From NCBI GenBank assembly GCA_947590905.1, contig CANQCU010000003.1:18968-82967 (forward strand): a DNA stretch of 64,000 bases, read 5' to 3'. The notes beneath the pieces were generated by a model. It made no database searches, was not told where the DNA came from, and worked only from the letters and a program-made list of their open reading frames with translations. The translations under genes and the position numbers were made by a program. The stretch is from an uncultured Clostridia bacterium (GTDB taxonomy: Bacteria; Bacillota; Clostridia; TANB77; CAG-508). This document shows positions 48,759 through 60,719 of this stretch, piece by piece. Each line of letters begins with the position of its first letter. Position 1 is the first letter of the stretch.

Positions 48759-49025
48759 TGTGAACATACTCTCCTTTTTTTTGCAAAATAGGGTATTTGC
48801 TAAATATATTATAACATATTTTATATAATATTACAAATAATCTACTCTTTACAATCTAAACAAAGAGTAATATAAAATAATTCACAGAATATAAACAAAT
48901 ATGCTAAAAAACACATTTAGACAAAATACTTCAAAATCTGACATAAATGTTAACAAATACTATTGTTTTAAAAGTTCTAATTTGATATAATGTGGATATA
49001 TAATATATTTGAGAGGAGAAAATTT

Positions 49026-49515
49026 ATGGGAAATTGTAAATGCGGAAATTGCAAAAAAGACGAAGAACTAGAGAAAATACTTGAAAAATATAAACAAGAC
49101 AAAGATAATCTCATACAGATACTCAATGAAGTACAAGAACATTATGGCTATATACCAACATCAGCACAAATGAGAGTTGCGGAATATTTAGGTTTAGCAC
49201 TAGCAGAAGTATATGGAGTAGTAACATTTTATTCAAGATTTACTTTAAAACCAAAAGGAAAATATAACATAGCAGTATGTCTTGGAACAGCATGCTATGT
49301 AAAAGGATCAGAAAAAATACTAGAAAGAGTAAAAGAGAGACTAAAAATCGGGGTAGGAGAAACAACACCCGATCGGAAAATTTTCAATAGAAGAAACAAG
49401 ATGTATTGGCGCATGTGGATTAGCACCTGTATTTACAATAAATGGAGAAGTATACGGAAAAGCAACCGTACAAAAACTTGACCAAGTATTAGATGAATAC
49501 ATGAAAAAAGAATAA
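49026..49515 (+). CDS. NuoE-like 2Fe-2S subunit (HydC/HndA-type) of a multimeric [FeFe] hydrogenase; reading frame broken as given
   Basis: The N-terminal part is a NuoE thioredoxin-like fold. After 49374 the conserved continuation ...TPDGKFSIEETRCIGACGLAPVFTINGEVYGKAT... is in the +1 frame. Deleting the single C at 49374 restores one ORF. Confidence 0.65.
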
Positions 49516-49605
49516 AGGCATAACTTTTAGTATTATTTTAAACAAATATTAACCTATAAGTTAATATGATAATATGTAAAACTTAACCAAAAAGGAGGTA
49601 TAAAA

Positions 49606-51464
49606 ATGAAATCTTTAGAAGAAATAAAGAAAATCAGAGAAGAAAAAAGAAAAGAACTAGATTTAAGAGAAAATCTAAAAGCAAATACTCATGAAAAACA
49701 TATACTTGTATGTCATGGTACAGGTTGTACTTCTTCAAAATCAGAAGATATTATAAAAAGATTCAGAGAAATAATAAAAGAAAAGAAAATAGAAAATGTA
49801 AAAGTAATTCAAACAGGTTGCTTTGGACTATGTGCTAAAGGTCCAATAGTAATAATTAGACCAGAAGACACATTTTATGCAATGGTAAAAGTAGATGACT
49901 GTGAAGAAATAGTTAATACACATTTAATAGAAGGAAAATTAGTAGAAAGATTACTTTGCAAAGATGTAGATGGAACACTTGTAAAAAGATTAGATGACCT
50001 TAGTTTTTACAAAAAACAAAAAAGAATAGCACTTAAAAACTGTGGAAAAATAGACCCAGAAAATATAGACGAATACATAGCGTTTGACGGATACAAAGCA
50101 TTAGAAAAAGTTTTATTTACTATGTCACAAGATGAAGTAATAGCAGAAATGACAAAATCAGGATTAAGAGGTCGTGGAGGAGCAGGATTCCCAACGGGTA
50201 AAAAATGGGAATTTACAAAAATGGCAAAAGGAGATCAAAAATATGTAGTATGCAATGCAGACGAAGGAGATCCTGGAGCATTTATGGATAGAAGTATTCT
50301 CGAAGGAGATCCACACTCAGTTCTTGAAGCTATGATGATTGCGGGATATGCAGTAGGAGCAACAGAAGGATATATCTATGTTAGAGCAGAATACCCAATA
50401 GCAGTAAAGAGATTTGGAAAAGCCATAGAGCAAGCAAGAGAATATGGAATTTTAGGCAAAAATATCTGGGGAACAAATTTCTCATTTGATGTAAATATAA
50501 GATTAGGAGCTGGAGCTTTCGTATGTGGAGAAGAGACAGCATTACTAGAATCAATAGAAGGAAGATCAGGAAGACCAAGACTAAAACCACCATTCCCTGC
50601 AAATGTAGGTCTATGGCAAAAACCAACTTTAATAAATAACGTAGAAACATATGCAAATGTGACAAAGATAATATTAAATGGTGCTGAATGGTATTCAAGC
50701 ATTGGAACAGAAAAATCAAAAGGAACAAAAGTATTTGCACTTGGAGGAAATGTTGTAAACACAGGACTTGTAGAAGTACCAATGGGAACAACATTAAGAG
50801 AAATAGTATATGACATAGGTGGAGGAATTCCAAATGGAAGGGATTTCAAAGCAGCACAAACAGGAGGACCATCTCGGAGGATGTATACCTAAAGAATATT
50901 TAGACATACCAATTGATTATGAATCACTTTCAAGTATAGGTTCAATGATGGGATCAGGTGGACTTATCGTAATGGATGATACAAAATGTATGGTAAATCT
51001 TGCAAAATTCTATTTAGGATTTACTGTTGACGAATCTTGTGGAAAATGTACACCTTGTAGAATAGGAACAAAGAGAATGCTTGAAATATTAGAAAAAATC
51101 ACACAAGGAGATGGAGAGGAAGAAGACTTAAAAAAACTAGAAGAGTTATGCGAAAATATAAAAAATGCATCTGTATGTGGACTTCGGTCAAACAGCTCCA
51201 AACCCAGTAATAAGCACAATGAAGTATTTTAAAGATGAATACAAAGAACACGTAATAGACAAAAAGTGTAGAACAGGAGAATGTAAAGCACTAGCAGATA
51301 TCCAAATAGATCCAGCAAAATGTAAAGGATGCGGAATGTGCAAACGTAATTGCCCAGTAGAAGCAATATCAGGAGAAGTAAAGGAGCCACATGTTATAGA
51401 TAAATCAAAATGTATAAAATGTGGAACTTGTATATCTGTTTGCCCATTTAAAGCAATTAGCTAA
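49606..51464 (+). CDS. NuoF-like NADH-binding subunit (HydB/HndC-type) with N-terminal thioredoxin-like domain and C-terminal ferredoxin-like Cys clusters; two frame breaks as given
   Basis: GRGGAGFPTGKKWEF (NuoF FMN/NADH signature). The conserved segments TGGPSGGCIPKEY and CGLGQTAPNPV are only obtained if the C at 50875 and the C at 51185 are removed. Confidence 0.7.
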
Positions 51465-51615
51465 ATTTAAAAATAATCAGCATCTTACGTCGTTAGACTG
51501 CATTTGAAATCAAATCAACGTGCAATAGCACGCCTCATTGATTTCAAATTTGTCTGCCTAGTAATATACTAATTATTTTTAAATTAATAAAACTAAGAAA
51601 AGAGAGGTAAAAATC

Positions 51616-53359
51616 ATGATAAAATTAAATATAGATGGTAGAGATGTAGAAGTAAAAGAACGGAACAACCATACTTGAAGCAGCTAAAAAAGTAAATATA
51701 GATATACCAACACTTTGCTTTTTGAAAGAGATTAATGAAATAGGAGACTGCAGAATGTGCCTTGTAGAAGTAGAAGGAAGACGTGGCTTTGCAACATCTT
51801 GTATACAAAAAGCAGAAGAAGGAATGGTAGTACATACAAACACAGAAAAAGTAATAGAAGCAAGAAAAACAGTATTAGACCTAATACTTTCAAACCATGA
51901 AAGAGAATGTTTAACTTGTGTAAGAAATGGAAATTGTGAACTTCAAAAATTAGCAGAAGAATTTGGATTAACAGATATAAAATATAAAGGAGAAAGAAGT
52001 GCGCATAAAGTAGATGATAAATCTCCAAGTATTGTAAGGGATTTCAACAAATGTGTATTATGTAGAAGATGTGTATCAACTTGCAAAAAAGTTCAAGGAA
52101 TTGGAGCAATCGATTGTACAGAAAGAGGATTTTCATCATGTGTTTCAACATACAATGATGAAAGTCTAAATGATGTTAACTGTACTTTTTGTGGACAATG
52201 TATAGCAAATTGCCCAGTTGGAGCATTAAAAGAAAAAGATAATACACAAATTGTATGGGAAAAATTAAAAGATAAAGATACATTTGTAGTTGTACAAACT
52301 GCACCTGCCGTAAGAGTTGGAATAGGAGAAGAATTCGGAGAAAAAATAGGAACAAATGCACAAGGAAGAATGGTTACAGCATTAAAAAGATTAGGCTTTG
52401 ATAAAGTATTTGATACAAATACAGGTGCAGACTTTACAATAATGGAAGAAGCAACTGAATTCATAGAAAGAATAAAAGATGGTGGTGTAATGCCTATGAC
52501 AACATCTTGTTGCCCTGCATGGGTAAGATTTGTAGAAATGAATTATCCAGAACTTTTAGACCACTTATCATCTTGCAAATCACCACATCAAATGTTTGGA
52601 GCAATAATAAAATCATATTATGCTAAAAAGAATAAAATAGATCCAAGCAAAATATTTGTTGTATCTGTTATGCCATGTGTTGCAAAGAAATTTGAAAGAA
52701 CAAGGGATGATATGCAAGGAGTAGACGGACTAGATGATGTAGATGCAGTAATAACAACAAGAGAACTTGCAAGGATGATAAAACAAGCGCATATTGAATT
52801 TTCAGAATTAGAAGATTCAAATTTTGATGATCCAATGGGAGAAGCAACAGGAGCAGGAGCAATATTTGGTGTAACAGGTGGAGTTATGGAAGCAGCACTT
52901 AGAACAGCAGTAGAAACATTAGAAGGAAAACCACTTGAAAAACTAGAATTCAAAGAAGTTAGAGGTAAGGAAGGAATAAAGAAAGCAACAGTAAAAATTG
53001 CAGGAAAAGATGTAAGAGTTGCAGTAGTATCTGGACTTGCAAATGCAAGAAAAGTTATGGACGACTTAAAATCAGGAAAGGCAGATTATGATTTCCTAGA
53101 AGTAATGGCATGCCCAGGAGGATGTATCTTAGGTGGAGGTCAACCTATAAAATCATCTAAGACAAGAAGTAATGTAAATGTATTCAAGAAAAGAGCAGAT
53201 TCAATTTATGGAATAGACGAGAAGAGCACTATTCGTAAATCGCATGAAAATCCATACTTAAAAGAAACATACAAAGAATTTATAGGAGAGCCAGGAGGAA
53301 AGAAAGCGCATAAATTACTTCATACAACATATGTAAAAAGAGATAAGTATAACTTCTAA
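51616..53359 (+). CDS. hydA: [FeFe]-hydrogenase large subunit HydA; frame break as given
   Basis: The N-terminus MIKLNIDGRDVEVKE[G]TTILEAAKKVNIDIPTLCFL... is in frame only if the C at 51661 is removed. Downstream are the 2Fe-2S/4Fe-4S Cys motifs and H-cluster motifs (TSCCPAW, MPCVAKK, MACPGGC). Confidence 0.75.
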
Positions 53360-53446
53360 ATATATAATTATAGTTAAGAAATTAAGGAAAAACAACTTAA
53401 AAAAATAAAATTTTATCTTGACAAATAAAAAATAACATGTTAAAAA

Positions 53447-53481
53447 TAAGCAGTGAGGTTAAAACTCATTGCTTATTTTTT
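53447..53481 (+). terminator. intrinsic terminator after hydA
   Basis: AAGCAGTGAG-gttaaaa-CTCATTGCTT followed by ATTTTTTAT. Confidence 0.55.
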
Positions 53482-53629
53482 ATTTAGCTTTACTAAAATA
53501 GAAAAGTATAAAAGGTAAAGCTATTAAATTTTTTCATACAGCTTAAGGATGGACAGAATGAAAATCAAATTAGGGTTTCACCTAAAAAAAATCAGATCTT
53601 AAAAATTAAATAATGGAAGGAGAATGCTT

Positions 53630-54496
53630 ATGTCGAAAGACGATGCAATGGTACCAACAAATGATTATGTATTCAAGAGAATATTTGGAAAAGTAGGAAA
53701 CGAAGAAATAACAAAAGGATTAATAAGTGCAGTAATAGGAAAGGAGGTGAAATCAGTAAAATTAAATGAAGAGAAGATACTAGAAAAAGATTTAATAGAT
53801 GATAAAATAGGAATATTAGATGTAAGAGCAAGATTAGACGATGGAGCAATATGCAATATAGAGATGCAAGTAGTGCAAAGTAAAGACATAGAAAAAAGGT
53901 TAATGTTTTATTGGAGTAAGTTATATTCATCAGAAATAAAAGAAGGAGAAGACTATAATAAGTTAAAAAAGACAATAGTAATATTAATAGCAGATTTTGA
54001 ATTAGAAAGTATAAAAGAGATAGAAAAATACCATACGAGATGGCAAATACGAGAAGAAGAATACACAAAAAGTATATTGACAGACGTATTAGAAATAAGT
54101 ATAATAAGTCTAGAAAAATTAATAAAACAGTTAAAAGAGAAGGATATAGATAAAAAGGATAAATTGATACTTTGGTCGTTATTCATAAAAAATCCTGAAA
54201 GAATAGGAGAAAAAGAAATGATGGAAAATAGCGATATAAAAAAAGCAAAAGAAGAGTTAGACAAAATAAAAGAAGATGAACGAGAACAATACTTAGCAGA
54301 ATTAAGACTAAAACATATAAGAGATTCACATGCAATAGAAGCATATGGATATGATAAAGGATTAGAAGCAGGAATAGAAAGAGGAAAAAAAGAAATAATA
54401 ATCAATATGTATAAAAAGAAAATGAGCATAGAAGAAATTAGTGAGATAGCGAATTTACCAAAAGAAAAAATAGAAAGAATAATATATCAAAACTAA
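53630..54496 (+). CDS. Rpn-family recombination-promoting nuclease / putative transposase (PD-(D/E)XK, YhgA-like)
   Basis: The N-terminus DYVFKRIFG...EITKGLISAVIG..V...N.E....DL..DKIGILDVRARLDDG is the Rpn/transposase_31 pattern. The ATG at 53630 has better RBS spacing than the one at 53624. Confidence 0.6.
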   Translation: MSKDDAMVPTNDYVFKRIFGKVGNEEITKGLISAVIGKEVKSVKLNEEKILEKDLIDDKIGILDVRARLDDGAICNIEMQVVQSKDIEKRLMFYWSKLYSSEIKEGEDYNKLKKTIVILIADFELESIKEIEKYHTRWQIREEEYTKSILTDVLEISIISLEKLIKQLKEKDIDKKDKLILWSLFIKNPERIGEKEMMENSDIKKAKEELDKIKEDEREQYLAELRLKHIRDSHAIEAYGYDKGLEAGIERGKKEIIINMYKKKMSIEEISEIANLPKEKIERIIYQN

Positions 54497-54633
54497 AAAA
54501 TATTATCCATAAACATAATAACAAATATTAGATAAAAAATAACAATTAAATTAGCTAAAAGTGCTTTTTAACACTTGTTAAAAGGCACTTTTTTTGATAT
54601 AATAAATGCATAAAATTTGAAAGGAACAAAAAA

Positions 54634-56047
54634 ATGAAAGTAGGATTTATTTCACTTGGATGTACAAAAAATTTAGTAGTAACAGAAGAAGTAATTGGAA
54701 TTTTTAAAAATCATAACTTTGAGATAGTAAATGATGCAAAAAAAGCAGAAATAATAGTTATAAATACTTGTGGATTTATAGAAAGTGCAAAGCAAGAAGC
54801 AATAGATTGTATACTCGAGATGGCAGAGTATAAAAAGAAAAACTGCAAATATTTGATAGTAATAGGATGTTTAGTAGAAAGATATAAAGATGACTTAGTT
54901 AAATTAATTCCAGAAGTAGATTTATTTATTTCAATAAAAGAATATGATAAACTATGGGATAAAATAGAGGAATTATTAGAAAATAAAGAGTTACCAAATG
55001 AAATTGGTAATAATAAAAAATTAGGATGCAAAAATAAAGAAGTAGAAGAAAAAATAGAAAAACGGAAAAACAAAAAAAGAAAATGCAGATAGTCAAGAAA
55101 AGAAATACAATATACTAGATTTTGAGAATAGAGTTATAACAACAGGAGAAAACTTTGCATACTTAAAAATTGCTGAAGGTTGTAGCAATAATTGTACATA
55201 TTGTGCCATACCATACATACAAGGGAAATATATCTCAAGAAAAAAGGAAGATATTATTAAAGAAGCTAAAGGGCTTGCAAAAAAAGGAATAAAAGAGCTT
55301 ATAATAATTGCACAAGATACAACAAAATATGGAATAGATATTTATGGAAAACCAGCTTTAGCAGAACTTTTAAATGAAATTTGCAAAATAGAAGGATTTA
55401 AGTGGATAAGATTTTTATATGCATATCCAGAAACAATAACAGATGAATTAATAGAAGTTGTAAAAAAGAATGACAAAATATGTAATTACTTCGATATGCC
55501 TATTCAACATATATCAGACAAAGTCTTAAAAAGAATGAACAGAAAAAGTGATAAGCAAAGTATAGTAAATATAATTGAAAAAATAAGGAAAGAAATACCA
55601 GATGTAATTTTAAGGACAACTTTAATAGTAGGCTTTCCGGGAGAGACCAAAGAGGACTTTGAAGAATTATATCAATTTGTTAAAAACACAAAATTTGATA
55701 AGCTTGGAACATTTATGTATTCAAAAGAAGATGGAACACCAGCTGCAAAGTTAAAAGATCAAATACATTATATGACTAAAAAATCTAGATATAATAAAAT
55801 AATGGAAATGCAAAAAGAAATATCAAAAGAAAACTTAAGTAAAAAAATAGGAAACATATATGAAGTAATGTTAGAAAATACAAGCTTTGATAACAAATAC
55901 TATATAGGAAGAACATATATGGATGTACCAGAAGAAGATGGAGTAATATTTGTAAAAAAAGATAGAGAAATAAACCTAGGAGAATTTGTTAAAGTAAAAG
56001 TTACAAGTGTACGTGACTATGATTTAATAGGAGAAATTTTTAAATAA
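54634..56047 (+). CDS. rimO: ribosomal protein S12 methylthiotransferase RimO; frame break as given
   Basis: N-terminal MTTase domain (KVGFISLGCTKN...INTCGFI). The radical-SAM domain (AEGCSNNCTYCAIP) and TRAM domain continue in the +1 frame. The shift maps to 55058-55092 and is most simply an extra C at 55063; an A-run length change is the alternative. Confidence 0.7.
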
Positions 56048-56163
56048 ATTTTAGCTTAGAAATTTTAATTGTATAACTAAAAATTAATAGATACAAAAAA
56101 TAATAAAGCAAAAAAATAAATGCACAATGGTAATAAAAAATAAAAAGCAAAAAGGAAAAAATA

Positions 56164-57096
56164 ATGAAAATACAGGAATCCTTAAATAAAGCAAAAGAGA
56201 TGTTAATCAAAAACAAGGTAGAAGATGCATATATGATAGCAAGGATATTATTAAGTAGTATCCTTAATATGCGACCAGAAAAATTAGTTATTGAATATGA
56301 TAAAGAGATATTGAAAGAAGATGAAGAAAAATATTTTAATGGAATAGAAAAAATAATAGACGGCTATCCTTTGCAATACTTAATAGGTACTAAAGAATTT
56401 ATGAAAATGGAATTCTTAGTTAACGAAGATGTTTTAGTTCCAAGAGCAGATACAGAAATATTAGTAGAAGAAGTAATTAGAATTTGCAAAGAAAAAAATA
56501 TAAAACACATATTAGAGCTATGCACAGGAAGCGGGGCTATTGCAATATCACTTGCAAAATATTTGAAAAATGTAGAGATAACAGCAACTGATATAAATGA
56601 AAAAGCTTTAAAAGTTGCAATCGAAAATAAAAAACGACTATTACAAGAATGTGATGAAACAATAAATAGATGTGAAGAAAAAACAGAAAATAAATCAAAA
56701 CAAAACTGTAATTTTGAGCAATTATTAGATAATACGAAAGTACAAACTATCAAATTTTTGAAAAGCGATATGTTTAAAAATATAGATGAAAAATATGATA
56801 TGATAGTTGCAAATCCACCATACATAAAGGAAAAAGAGATAGAAAAATATGCATTAAAATATGAACCAATGATAGCACTTGATGGTGGAGAAGATGGACT
56901 TAAGTTTTATAGAATAATTATAAATGAAGGACATAAATACTTAAATACAAACGGAATTATGGCTCTAGAAATTGGCTTCGATCAAAAAGAAGATGTTATA
57001 AATATAGCTAAAAATACAGGGAAATACAAAAATATATATTCTTTAAAAGATTTAGGAGATAATGATAGAGTAATAGTATTAGAGGCAGATTTTTAG
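56164..57096 (+). CDS. prmC: release factor glutamine N5-methyltransferase PrmC/HemK
   Basis: LCTGSGAIAISLAK (SAM-binding) and IVANPPYI (NPPY) motifs. Contains an extra Cys/Glu-rich segment of about 35 aa between the conserved blocks. Confidence 0.75.
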   Translation: MKIQESLNKAKEMLIKNKVEDAYMIARILLSSILNMRPEKLVIEYDKEILKEDEEKYFNGIEKIIDGYPLQYLIGTKEFMKMEFLVNEDVLVPRADTEILVEEVIRICKEKNIKHILELCTGSGAIAISLAKYLKNVEITATDINEKALKVAIENKKRLLQECDETINRCEEKTENKSKQNCNFEQLLDNTKVQTIKFLKSDMFKNIDEKYDMIVANPPYIKEKEIEKYALKYEPMIALDGGEDGLKFYRIIINEGHKYLNTNGIMALEIGFDQKEDVINIAKNTGKYKNIYSLKDLGDNDRVIVLEADF

Positions 57097-57305
57097 AAAC
57101 AAATTAATTCTATTTTAAAGTTAGAATAACAGAATATTAATAATAATTTATTTTTAAGAACTGCGTAAGCGACCAAACGTAGCGAAGCAAAGTGCGATAT
57201 GGAGCAACTTACATATAGATTTTAATTCTGTAAGTTGCGACAGCAAAGTTCTTAAAAATAAATTATTATTAATATTCTATTAACAATAAAAAAAGGAGGA
57301 AAACC

Positions 57306-58136
57306 ATGTCTTTTTCTGCAAATGTTAAAGAAGAACTAAGCAAAATAAATATTTTTTCAAACATAGAACTAGTAAAAGCAGAACTTTACGGATATTTACT
57401 AACAGTAAATAAAAGTGATAAAAAAATAAAATTTCTAACAGAAAATGAATATAACATAAATAGGCTAAATAAACTTCTAAATAGGCTTAAAGTAAACTAC
57501 GATATAAAAATGCAGGGGAAAAACTTTTATTTAACTTTCAAAAAAGATGAACTAGAAATAGAAAGCATAGATTTTAATAATCAAGAAGTAGAAAAAGCAG
57601 TTGCAAGAGGGGCATTCTTAGGAAGTGGATCAATTACAGAACCAAAGTCAAGATATCATTTAGAAATAAGATTAGAGACACAAGAAGGAAGAAAAGAAAT
57701 ACTCGAAATTTTAAATAATTTTGAGATACAAGCAAAAAAGTTAGAAAGGAAATATTCATATTCAATATACATAAAAGATGGAGAAGAAATATCAAAATTT
57801 CTAGCCTTAATAGGTGCAAATAGTTCAGTATTAAAATACGAAGATGTACGAGTTTTGAAAGAAACAAAAAATAATGTTAATAGAAAAGTAAATTGTGAGA
57901 CTGCAAATTTAAATAAAACAGTAAATGCAGCAGTTATTCAAATACAGGCAATAGAAAAAATAAAAAAAAGGAAAAAGTGGAATAGCCTTCCAAGTAATTT
58001 ACAGGAAATTGGTGCTTTAAGATTAGAAAATCCAGATGCTACATTAGAAGAGCTTGGAAAAATGTTATCAGAACCGATTGGAAAATCAGGAGTGAATCAT
58101 AGATTAAAAAAAATAATAGAAATATCAGAGGAATAA
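57306..58136 (+). CDS. whiA: DNA-binding sporulation/cell-division regulator WhiA
   Basis: The N-terminus MSFSANVKEELSKI... is typical of WhiA. LAGLIDADG-like repeats are followed by a C-terminal HTH (VNHRLKKIIE). Confidence 0.65.
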   Translation: MSFSANVKEELSKINIFSNIELVKAELYGYLLTVNKSDKKIKFLTENEYNINRLNKLLNRLKVNYDIKMQGKNFYLTFKKDELEIESIDFNNQEVEKAVARGAFLGSGSITEPKSRYHLEIRLETQEGRKEILEILNNFEIQAKKLERKYSYSIYIKDGEEISKFLALIGANSSVLKYEDVRVLKETKNNVNRKVNCETANLNKTVNAAVIQIQAIEKIKKRKKWNSLPSNLQEIGALRLENPDATLEELGKMLSEPIGKSGVNHRLKKIIEISEE

Positions 58137-58138
58137 AA

Positions 58139-59302
58139 GTGAAAAAACAAACAATAACTTTAAATGAAGAACCTAAAAAAGATATAGGAATATATATACA
58201 TATACCATTTTGTATGCACAAATGCTATTACTGTGATTTCGTATCTTTTGCAGGGAAAGAAGAAAAAGTAGAAGACTATATTAATAGCTTAATAAAGGAA
58301 ATAGAAAATACTAATTTGAGTAAATACAAAGCACAGACGGTGTATATAGGAGGGGGTACTCCATCAGTTATAAATAGTAAATACATAGCTAAAATATTAG
58401 AAAAGTTAAAGTCTATAATTTCTCCAAGTAGTGAAATTACAATAGAGGTAAACCCAGGAACGGTAGACAAAGAAAAACTTGAAGAATATAAAAAAATAGG
58501 AATAAACAGATTAAGCATTGGGCTTCAAAGCACAAATGATGAACTTTTAAAAGAAATAGGAAGAATACATAACTATCAAGAATTTTTGGATGTATATAAT
58601 TTAGCAAGAAAAATAGGTTTTAAAAATATAAATGTAGATTTAATGCTAGGACTTCCAAAGCAAAGCTTAAAAATGTTAGAAGAGACTGTATCAAAAATAA
58701 TAGAACTCAATCCAGAACATATATCAGTATATTCTTTAATCTTAGAAGAAAAAACGGTATTATGGGAAATGGTAGAAAATAAAAAATTAAAACTACCAAG
58801 TGAAAATTTAGAAAGAAAAATGTACTGGGAAGTAAAAGGAATGCTAGAACAGAATGGATATAAGCATTATGAAATTTCTAATTTTGCAAAAGAAGGATAC
58901 AAGTCAAGGCACAATAGCGACTGCTGGGAACAAAAAGAATATATTGGTTTTGGAACAGCGGCACATTCATATTTAAATTCTAAAAGAACTTCAAACACAA
59001 CAGATTTAGGAGAATATATTGATAACATAAATAATGGAGAATTTGAAAAAAATGTAATTATACATGAAATTCAAACAAAAGAAGATACGAAAAAAGAATA
59101 TATGTTATTAGGTCTAAGAAAAATAGATGGAGTAAGCATATCAAAGTATAAAAATAAATTTGTAGAAAATCCAATAGAAGAATATCATATGGAATTAGAT
59201 AAGCTTGTTAAAGAAAAACTTATAGAAATAGATGGAGATAATATTAAGCTTACAAATAGAGGACTTGATTTGGCAAACATTGTGTGGGAAGAATTTATAT
59301 AA
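58139..59302 (+). CDS. hemW: radical-SAM heme chaperone HemW (HemN-like coproporphyrinogen oxidase family)
   Basis: GTG start. CxxxCxxC motif (YIHIPFCMHKCYYCDF). HemN-like C-terminal domain. Confidence 0.75.
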   Translation: MKKQTITLNEEPKKDIGIYIHIPFCMHKCYYCDFVSFAGKEEKVEDYINSLIKEIENTNLSKYKAQTVYIGGGTPSVINSKYIAKILEKLKSIISPSSEITIEVNPGTVDKEKLEEYKKIGINRLSIGLQSTNDELLKEIGRIHNYQEFLDVYNLARKIGFKNINVDLMLGLPKQSLKMLEETVSKIIELNPEHISVYSLILEEKTVLWEMVENKKLKLPSENLERKMYWEVKGMLEQNGYKHYEISNFAKEGYKSRHNSDCWEQKEYIGFGTAAHSYLNSKRTSNTTDLGEYIDNINNGEFEKNVIIHEIQTKEDTKKEYMLLGLRKIDGVSISKYKNKFVENPIEEYHMELDKLVKEKLIEIDGDNIKLTNRGLDLANIVWEEFI

Positions 59303-59323
59303 TAAAAATGAAAGGAAAGTAAA

Positions 59324-59791
59324 ATGAAAGTTTCAATAGGACAAGATAGTCATAGATTTGATTTAGAAAATAAAGATGGAAAAAAACTTATATTAGGAGG
59401 AATCGTATTTGATGGATATAATCCAATGCAAGCAAATAGTGATGGAGATGTGGTACTTCATGCAATAACTAATGCAATATCAGGTATTACTTGTAAAAAT
59501 ATTTTAGGTGAAGTCGCAGATGAAATGTGTAAAAACGGAATAACAAATAGTAAAGAATATGTAAAAAAAGCATTAGAATATTTAGAAGAAAAGATAGTGC
59601 ACATTTCAATTTCAATAGAAGGTAAAACACCTAAAATATCGCCTAAAATAGAAGAAATGAGAGAAAGTATAGCAAAATTACTTAGAATAGAAAAAGAAAA
59701 CATTGGAATAACTGCAACTACTGGAGAAGGTCTAACAAGTTTCGGACGTGGAGAAGGTATTAGTGTTTTTGCAATATTGACAGTTGAATAA
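59324..59791 (+). CDS. ispF: 2-C-methyl-D-erythritol 2,4-cyclodiphosphate synthase IspF
   Basis: GQDSHRF, HSDGDVVLHAITNAI and ATTGEGLTSFGRGEGI motifs. 155 aa. Confidence 0.8.
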   Translation: MKVSIGQDSHRFDLENKDGKKLILGGIVFDGYNPMQANSDGDVVLHAITNAISGITCKNILGEVADEMCKNGITNSKEYVKKALEYLEEKIVHISISIEGKTPKISPKIEEMRESIAKLLRIEKENIGITATTGEGLTSFGRGEGISVFAILTVE

Positions 59792-59862
59792 ATTAAAAAA
59801 ATTAATTATTAAATGTCTTTTATTCTTTCTAGTTTAAAGGATTTGTTAAAAAATGGAGGAAT

Positions 59863-60716
59863 ATGGAAAAAATATACAAAAAAGCAAGAGCAAAAATAAA
59901 TTTGTGCTTGAATGTTTTAGAAAAGAGAGAAGATCGGATATCACAATATAGAATCTGTTTTTCAAAAAGTAAGTTTATATGATGAAATTTATGTTTCAAA
60001 AACAAACAAGCATAAAGGAATAGATATAAAATCAAACTATAAAATATTAGAAACCCAGCAAAATATAATCTATAAAGCCTATGATTTATTAAAAAAAGAA
60101 TTTAATAATATTACAGGAGTGGATGTTATATTAATAAAAAATATACCAACGCAAGCAGGAATGCGGAGGAGGAAGTGCAGATTGTGGTAGCTTTATAGAA
60201 TGTATAAATAAAATATTTGATTTAAAACTAAGCCAAAATCAGATGATAGAAATAGGAAAAAGATTAGGAGCAGATGTACCAGCAACGTTCTTTAATGTTC
60301 CAATAATTGCAAGAGGAATAGGAGAAAAAATAGAAAAAATAAATTCAAATTTTAAATATTACATAGTAATTGTAAAACCTAAATTTTCTTGCAATACTAA
60401 AATGATGTATGAAAAACTAGATAAAGAAAACTTAGAGCAGAAAATAAATTCTGTTAAAATAAAAATGGCACTTGAGAAAAATGATATTAAACAAATCTCC
60501 AAAAACATGTATAATGTATTTGAAATAGCAGTAGAGAATATAGAAAATATAAAGAAAGATATAATCTTTGCAGGAGCAAATGCAAGTCTTATGACTGGAA
60601 GCGGATCTGCAGTTTTTGGAATATTTGAAGATAAGAAAAAAGCCAAAAGAGCCTATAAAATTTTAAGTGAAAAATATAAAACTTTTTATTGTATATCATA
60701 TTCGAGAAAGGGATAG
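59863..60716 (+). CDS. ispE: 4-diphosphocytidyl-2-C-methyl-D-erythritol kinase IspE; two frame breaks as given
   Basis: The conserved REDGYHNIESVFQKVSLYDEI and glycine-rich loop PTQAGMGGGSADCGS are only recovered if the C at 59935 and the C at 60164 are deleted. The C-terminal part (60243-60716) is in frame with the GHMP-kinase C-domain. Confidence 0.7.
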
Positions 60717-60719
60717 AAA

